Of a stretch of DNA of 64,000 nucleotides, positions 60,113 to 64,000 are shown in pieces (within the stretch, counting starts at the first letter, position 1; every line of letters starts with the position of its first letter). Location: contig JBBRRY010000018.1 in assembly GCA_038245905.1 (NCBI GenBank), positions 10,757 to 74,756 of the forward strand, in the 5' to 3' direction. A model generated the notes under the pieces. The model made no database searches. It saw only the letters and a program-made list of their open reading frames with translations, and was not told where the DNA came from. A program made the position numbers and the translations under genes. Origin of the DNA: Thermoanaerobaculia bacterium. Lineage in GTDB: Bacteria > Acidobacteriota > Thermoanaerobaculia > UBA5066.

Positions 60113-60601
60113 TCAGGTCCCCTTCTCCCCCAGCGCCCTCTCCAACCCCTCCGCCACTCTCCCCTCCCCATCGTTCTCCAGCATCGCCCGCCCCACGAGG
60201 CTCCACTGCCTGAGCGCCTCGTCCCCCTTGCCGGATACGGGCCACTCCGCCCGCCGCTTCAGCAGCAGCACGTCGATCAGATACGACAGGATCCGCGCGT
60301 CGTAGGCGTCGTCCACGCATGAGTACTGGTCCCCGTCGCGGTTCACCCACGCCTCGACGACGTCCGCGCCCGATGGCGTCTTCTTCAGGACCACCTCGTA
60401 CACGCAGAACCCCGTCCAGCTCCGGTGGAAGTACAACCGCCCGCGCTCCTCGAACACGAACCACTTGTCTTCCATCGCGTCCGGGATGAATCCTCCCCGG
60501 ATCGCGCGCAGCTCGGCCGCGTCGAACCGCCGTTCCAGCACGATCGGCGCACGCCGTGCCGGCAGGGGCTCCGTCTTCCAGCTCTTCCGCGTCGCCTTCA
60601 T
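60113..60601 (-). CDS. Hypothetical protein (MEDKW..HRSWTG motif)
   Basis: GFIPDAMEDKWF..LYFHRSWTG; ATGA overlap with the upstream gene. Confidence 0.72.
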   Translation of the reverse strand: MKATRKSWKTEPLPARRAPIVLERRFDAAELRAIRGGFIPDAMEDKWFVFEERGRLYFHRSWTGFCVYEVVLKKTPSGADVVEAWVNRDGDQYSCVDDAYDARILSYLIDVLLLKRRAEWPVSGKGDEALRQWSLVGRAMLENDGEGRVAEGLERALGEKGT

Positions 60602-60948
60602 GCCCGCACCCTCTTCAGCCCGTGCAGCGCGGCCCACGCGCCCTCGTAGACCTTCTCGCGCACCGGGTCGGTCTTGTAGATCTCGGACTTGAAGTTTGGG
60701 TAGTCGATCGCGGTCACGCGCCCGGCGAGGAAGGCCGCGAGCGCCTCGCGCGACGTCGTGAGCCGGTAGCCGTAGTCGGCGTCGGGCGACTCGACAACCG
60801 CCGGCCGCTCACCCTGCCGCGCGGCGAATTCCGCGAAGCGTTCGAGATCCGCGTGCACGCGCCCGCGAACGAGGAGCGCATCGTGCGCCCCCTTTGCATC
60901 CAGGTTCTGGACGATGGAAAGGAATCCCTCTGTCGTCACAGTCCACAT
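60598..60948 (-). CDS. Hypothetical protein (MW..GF..VR.R..DY.YR..IDYxNFK pattern)
   Basis: AGGAG RBS; recognisable family pattern. Confidence 0.72.
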   Translation of the reverse strand: MWTVTTEGFLSIVQNLDAKGAHDALLVRGRVHADLERFAEFAARQGERPAVVESPDADYGYRLTTSREALAAFLAGRVTAIDYPNFKSEIYKTDPVREKVYEGAWAALHGLKRVRA

Positions 60949-61064
60949 TCAGTTCACTCTCCTTCTGGCGAACCCGAGGTCGAGCCGCCGAATGCCTCAA
61001 AGAACCATGGGGAGTGTGACGCGGATGCACGGACAGCTAGCGTCTGCGTTTCGCGGTTTCAACT

Positions 61065-61080
61065 ATGTCAGATTTGACAT
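61065..61080. promoter_or_regulatory. Probable antitoxin operator
   Basis: ATGTCA-GATT-TGACAT palindrome. Confidence 0.6.
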
Positions 61081-61113
61081 TCCTACCCGCCCGCACTAAC
61101 TTCTCTGTGCGAA

Positions 61114-61155
61114 ATGAAGACTGCCGAGAAGCCCCTCGCGTGGCTACATGGATAA
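61114..61155 (+). pseudogene. 13-codon remnant of a RelE/Gp49-like toxin
   Basis: MKTAEKPLAWLHG-stop, running into the antitoxin ATG. Confidence 0.6.
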
Positions 61156-61459
61156 AGCGAAAAAGGCGCGGCTCGCGAAGAAGGGCTGGAAGGTCGGTAC
61201 GGTCGATGAATTCCTCGGCCTCACGCCGGAAGAATCCGCCTACATCGAGATCAAGCTCAGCCTCGCGCGCGAGCTGAAGAAGGTACGACTCGAGAACGGG
61301 ATGTCCCAGACGGACCTCGCGTCGAAGATGGGGTCCAGCCAGTCGCGCGTCGCGAAGATGGAAGGCGCCGACCCGCAGGTGAGCCTCGACCTCATCGTCC
61401 GCTCGCTCCTCGCCACTGGGCGGCGCCCCCGGGAGATTGCCCGCGCTCTGGCGAAGTGA
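61148..61459 (+). CDS. XRE-family HTH antitoxin (HigA-like)
   Basis: GWKVGTVDEFLGL, MSQTDLASKMGSSQSRVAKME, VSLDL. Confidence 0.87.
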   Translation: MDKAKKARLAKKGWKVGTVDEFLGLTPEESAYIEIKLSLARELKKVRLENGMSQTDLASKMGSSQSRVAKMEGADPQVSLDLIVRSLLATGRRPREIARALAK

Positions 61460-61672
61460 GACAGCGACGGGCTCGATGTAACGTTCTCCGACGGCACTCG
61501 GAAGGTGGTCGACTTCTCCCAGTGGCTCCGTGGGCCTGTTTTCGAGCCCGTAAAGAACCCGGAGTACTTCAGGAAGTTCATCCTCGACGGGTGGACCGTC
61601 TCCTGGCCGAACGGGGCTGACATCGCCCCCGAGGCGCTCTATGCGGCCCAGGACGTGCTCACGGTCGCTTAG
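61460..61672 (+). pseudogene. 5'-truncated DUF2442 antitoxin-like fragment
   Basis: LDVTFSDG..GPVFEP..TVSWPNGADIAPEALY; no start before the domain and no partner gene. Confidence 0.68.
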
Positions 61673-61770
61673 GCGGCCGCTGGCCCACTTCTCATAGGGC
61701 GTTCGCGCGTTAGCCGTCGAGGATGAGCGTCTCGCGCGACGTCGGCTGTCAGCGCGCTAGCGTCCCCAAC

Positions 61771-62025
61771 GTGACTCGTCAGGGGCGCCTCATCGAACAG
61801 ATTCTGTCGGGTGCATCGGACGCCAACATCCGCTTCTCCGAGCTCTGCAGTCTGCTCGACGCCCTCGGTTTCCAGTCACGCGTTCGCGGCAGCCACCACA
61901 TCTACTGGCGAGAAGGGGTGGTTGAGATCCTCAACCTGCAGGAGACGGCCGGCAAGGCGAAGCCGTATCAGGTCAAGCAGGTGAGATCGATCCTCGTCCG
62001 GTATAAGCTAGCGGGCGAGCCATGA
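61771..62025 (+). CDS. hicA: HicA toxin
   Basis: IRFSEL..LGF..RGSHHIY..AKPYQVKQV. Confidence 0.87.
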   Translation: MTRQGRLIEQILSGASDANIRFSELCSLLDALGFQSRVRGSHHIYWREGVVEILNLQETAGKAKPYQVKQVRSILVRYKLAGEP

Positions 62026-62234
62026 ACCCCCGCTACGAAGTCATCATCTACTGGAGCAAGGAGGACGAGGCGTTCATCGCCGAGGTCCCCGAACTCCCCG
62101 GCTGCGCGGCTGATGGTCCGACTTACGCGGAAGCGCTTGCAGCCGCCGAGGTTGTCATTCGCGAGTGGCTCGAGACCGCGAAGGCGCTCGGCCGGGAGAT
62201 CCCCGAGGCGCGCGGCCGCCTGGCCTACGCCTGA
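62022..62234 (+). CDS. hicB: HicB antitoxin (short form)
   Basis: WSKEDEAFIAEVPELPGCAADG..WLETA..IPE. Confidence 0.9.
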   Translation: MNPRYEVIIYWSKEDEAFIAEVPELPGCAADGPTYAEALAAAEVVIREWLETAKALGREIPEARGRLAYA

Positions 62235-62241
62235 CCTCCCC

Positions 62242-62980
62242 CTACTGCACCCCCACCGCCTCCCCCTGCTCCTCAAACGCCATCCGCCCGCCCCATTCCT
62301 TTCGCAGATCCTCACCCGCATCGTTCGCGAAGCTGGCCAGCTGCACGCGGGCGTCCCACACGTGCTCGCCGACTAAGGGCTTCACGAACAGCTCGAGCGC
62401 GGCGTAGAGGGTTCCAGAACGACCGCGTTCCCGAAACGCAGCGCGATGTCGCCGTCGGCTTCGGGGTTGACGGCCTCGTCGCCCGAGCCCTTCCGGATCG
62501 CCGCCAGCACCAGCGCCCGGACGCCCGCGACCGACTCCGCGCCAGGGCTCCTCTTCGGAGGCGCAACCGCCTCGCGCTTCAGGCCGAGCGTCGGAATCAC
62601 GATCGACTGCCCGTTCCTGTCGAAGGACTTGTACTTAAGCGAGCCCGGATGGGTCACGTCGAGGACGTCCGCGAGCGTGCGCACCGCCAGCCGCGCCGCC
62701 CTCGCCACACGCGCCCGGCCCTCGAAGTCGCGGTGGTAGTTCGGCGAGCCGCCCTTCTTCTTGTCCGCGCGCACCTCCTCGGGCGTTCCCGTGGGCGCCA
62801 GCCACCCGAGCGCGACGAGCGCGTCCATCTGGACCTTCGTCAGCACGCGCGCGGCGTCCAGATAGTGATTGCTTATGCACTCGCCACGGATTCCGTAGAA
62901 CCCCTGCGCCGCGAACTGGACGTAACCCCAGCCGCGCTTCTTCGAGAGGATGAGGTACTGGTCCTCGTCGCTCTCGCGGT
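62242..62980 (-). pseudogene. Degraded TY-Chap/YbjN-like chaperone gene
   Basis: QYLIL..YVQFAAQG..ECISNHYL..LGWLAP..SPNY; no start for the N-terminal part; frame change near 62410 into a second-frame tail ending EWGGRMAFEE. Confidence 0.6.
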
Positions 62981-63022
62981 ACGCCCGTCGCCCATGTCGC
63001 CAAGGTCGGCAACCTTCGCGCG

Positions 63023-63826
63023 TCAGCCGTCGAGGACGCGCGCGAGGCGAATGAACGTCTCGGCGACGTATTGCCGCGAGGGACGTTGTTCGGACGGAAT
63101 CTGCTCCAGCACCTTTGCAACGGCCGATGCCGATGGCGCTCCACAGTCACGACGCAGCGTCGCGGCTGCGTCCCTCAGAGTTGAGGACCCGAGTTTCAGG
63201 CGGAGATGCTCGGAGTCGTTCTCGATCGTCTTACCGAGTCCGCGGCTGTCGTCAGCTAGATCGAATATGTAGAAGAGGTCCTTGTCACGTTTGCTCCTGC
63301 GCCGCGATGCGAGCGTTTGCGCCTTCTGCAACAGGAAGGCGCCTACTCGCGGCACACGAACAGGCCCGAGGAACGCGTCCGCACCCGATTTCTCGTTGAT
63401 CTCCAGTACGAGCGGATCCTCGAGCAGCACATCCAGTGTTCGAAGCTGCTGTGCGATGACGCCACCCGTCTTGAGCGTTGTCTCCGTCCCAGCCCCGCGC
63501 GCCGGTGTCAGGAAATCGATGATCGCTTCCGGCTCCTTCCGCGATGGCCACGCGTATCGCGTCACAGGCGGGCTGTCGTCGCCCGACATTTCTTCCTCGA
63601 AAGCGGCATCCTCCAGGAGCTGGTCGAGGCCGCGGCCCGCCGGAAGCCGCCTTGGAAGGGCAACGTCGACGTCGAGCGTGAACTCGCCGGGCAACCCTGG
63701 AGAGGCCGTCAGGTACTTCCGATAGAGGTACCACGCCCATCCGCCAATGACGACCAGCTCGCCAAGCCGGGGCTCGAGTGCCTTGAGGACGCGGACAAAC
63801 CCCTTGACCTTCAACGCGCCGCCCAC
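63023..63826 (-). CDS. GSU2403-like nucleotidyltransferase-fold protein (type IV TA toxin-like)
   Basis: LVVIGGWA, TLDVDV, IDFLTP, FLLQK..KRDKD. Confidence 0.8.
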   Translation of the reverse strand: MGGALKVKGFVRVLKALEPRLGELVVIGGWAWYLYRKYLTASPGLPGEFTLDVDVALPRRLPAGRGLDQLLEDAAFEEEMSGDDSPPVTRYAWPSRKEPEAIIDFLTPARGAGTETTLKTGGVIAQQLRTLDVLLEDPLVLEINEKSGADAFLGPVRVPRVGAFLLQKAQTLASRRRSKRDKDLFYIFDLADDSRGLGKTIENDSEHLRLKLGSSTLRDAAATLRRDCGAPSASAVAKVLEQIPSEQRPSRQYVAETFIRLARVLDG

Positions 63827-64000
63827 GCCGGCCGCAGCCGGCGATCGAGAATGACGTCCGCCTGCTCCTTGCCTCGCTGCGCAAAGCAGCTCAGGTCGAG
63901 GTAAAGCTGCAGGTCGCTCACCACCCTCAACCCCTTGATGACTCTCGACTCGAACAGAACCGAGTGGCGGTAGAAGGGCGAAAGAACGACGAGGTTCGCC
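63811..64000 (-). CDS. AbiEi-like antitoxin, C-terminal part (5' end outside the window)
   Basis: ANLVVLSPF..VVSDLQLYLDL..RGKEQA. Confidence 0.72.
   Translation of the reverse strand, partial: ANLVVLSPFYRHSVLFESRVIKGLRVVSDLQLYLDLSCFAQRGKEQADVILDRRLRPAWAAR

Noticed and set aside
61457-61500. Selenocysteine readthrough of the HigA TGA, given that selB is present
   Set aside because: No convincing SECIS hairpin, no redox motif, and the antitoxin is complete at the stop
56414-62240. Integron or CALIN interpretation of the TA island (GTTAGCC near 61710)
   Set aside because: No matching RYYYAAC or attC hairpins at module boundaries and no intI; IntegronFinder would be decisive

Overview
High-GC bacterial chromosome window. 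Gene content, an IPTL-CTERM tail and a 'PCRLVDTR...LILDVVGYY' surface domain suggest Acidobacteriota, possibly Thermoanaerobaculia (inference). All assignments come from motif recognition, with no database searches run. 1-3 kb: end of a respiratory operon (NrfD/HmcC-type membrane subunit, triheme c7 cytochrome, two membrane-anchored GcvH-fold proteins lacking the lipoyl lysine), then an OB-fold lipoprotein. 3-43 kb: mostly housekeeping (Ser/Thr kinase, Fur, photolyase, Slt, rpsU-mutS2-dnaG-rpoD-tRNA(CAU), rnhA, yggS, divIVA, hutI, polA, selB, comEA, ubiX/ubiA, reverse transsulfuration, Crp/Fnr-NnrS). 43-56 kb: diguanylate cyclase, BrnTA, RND pump, osmoprotectant ABC transporter, a secreted hydrazine-synthase-alpha-like heme protein and a translocator-like secreted protein. 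56-64 kb: toxin-antitoxin/conflict island with intact, truncated and fragmented modules. Window-wide signals: many TANNNT boxes 6-10 nt before start codons (leaderless-like), two probable CTG starts and two candidate structured RNAs. No CRISPR array, rRNA, transposase or integrase was seen.
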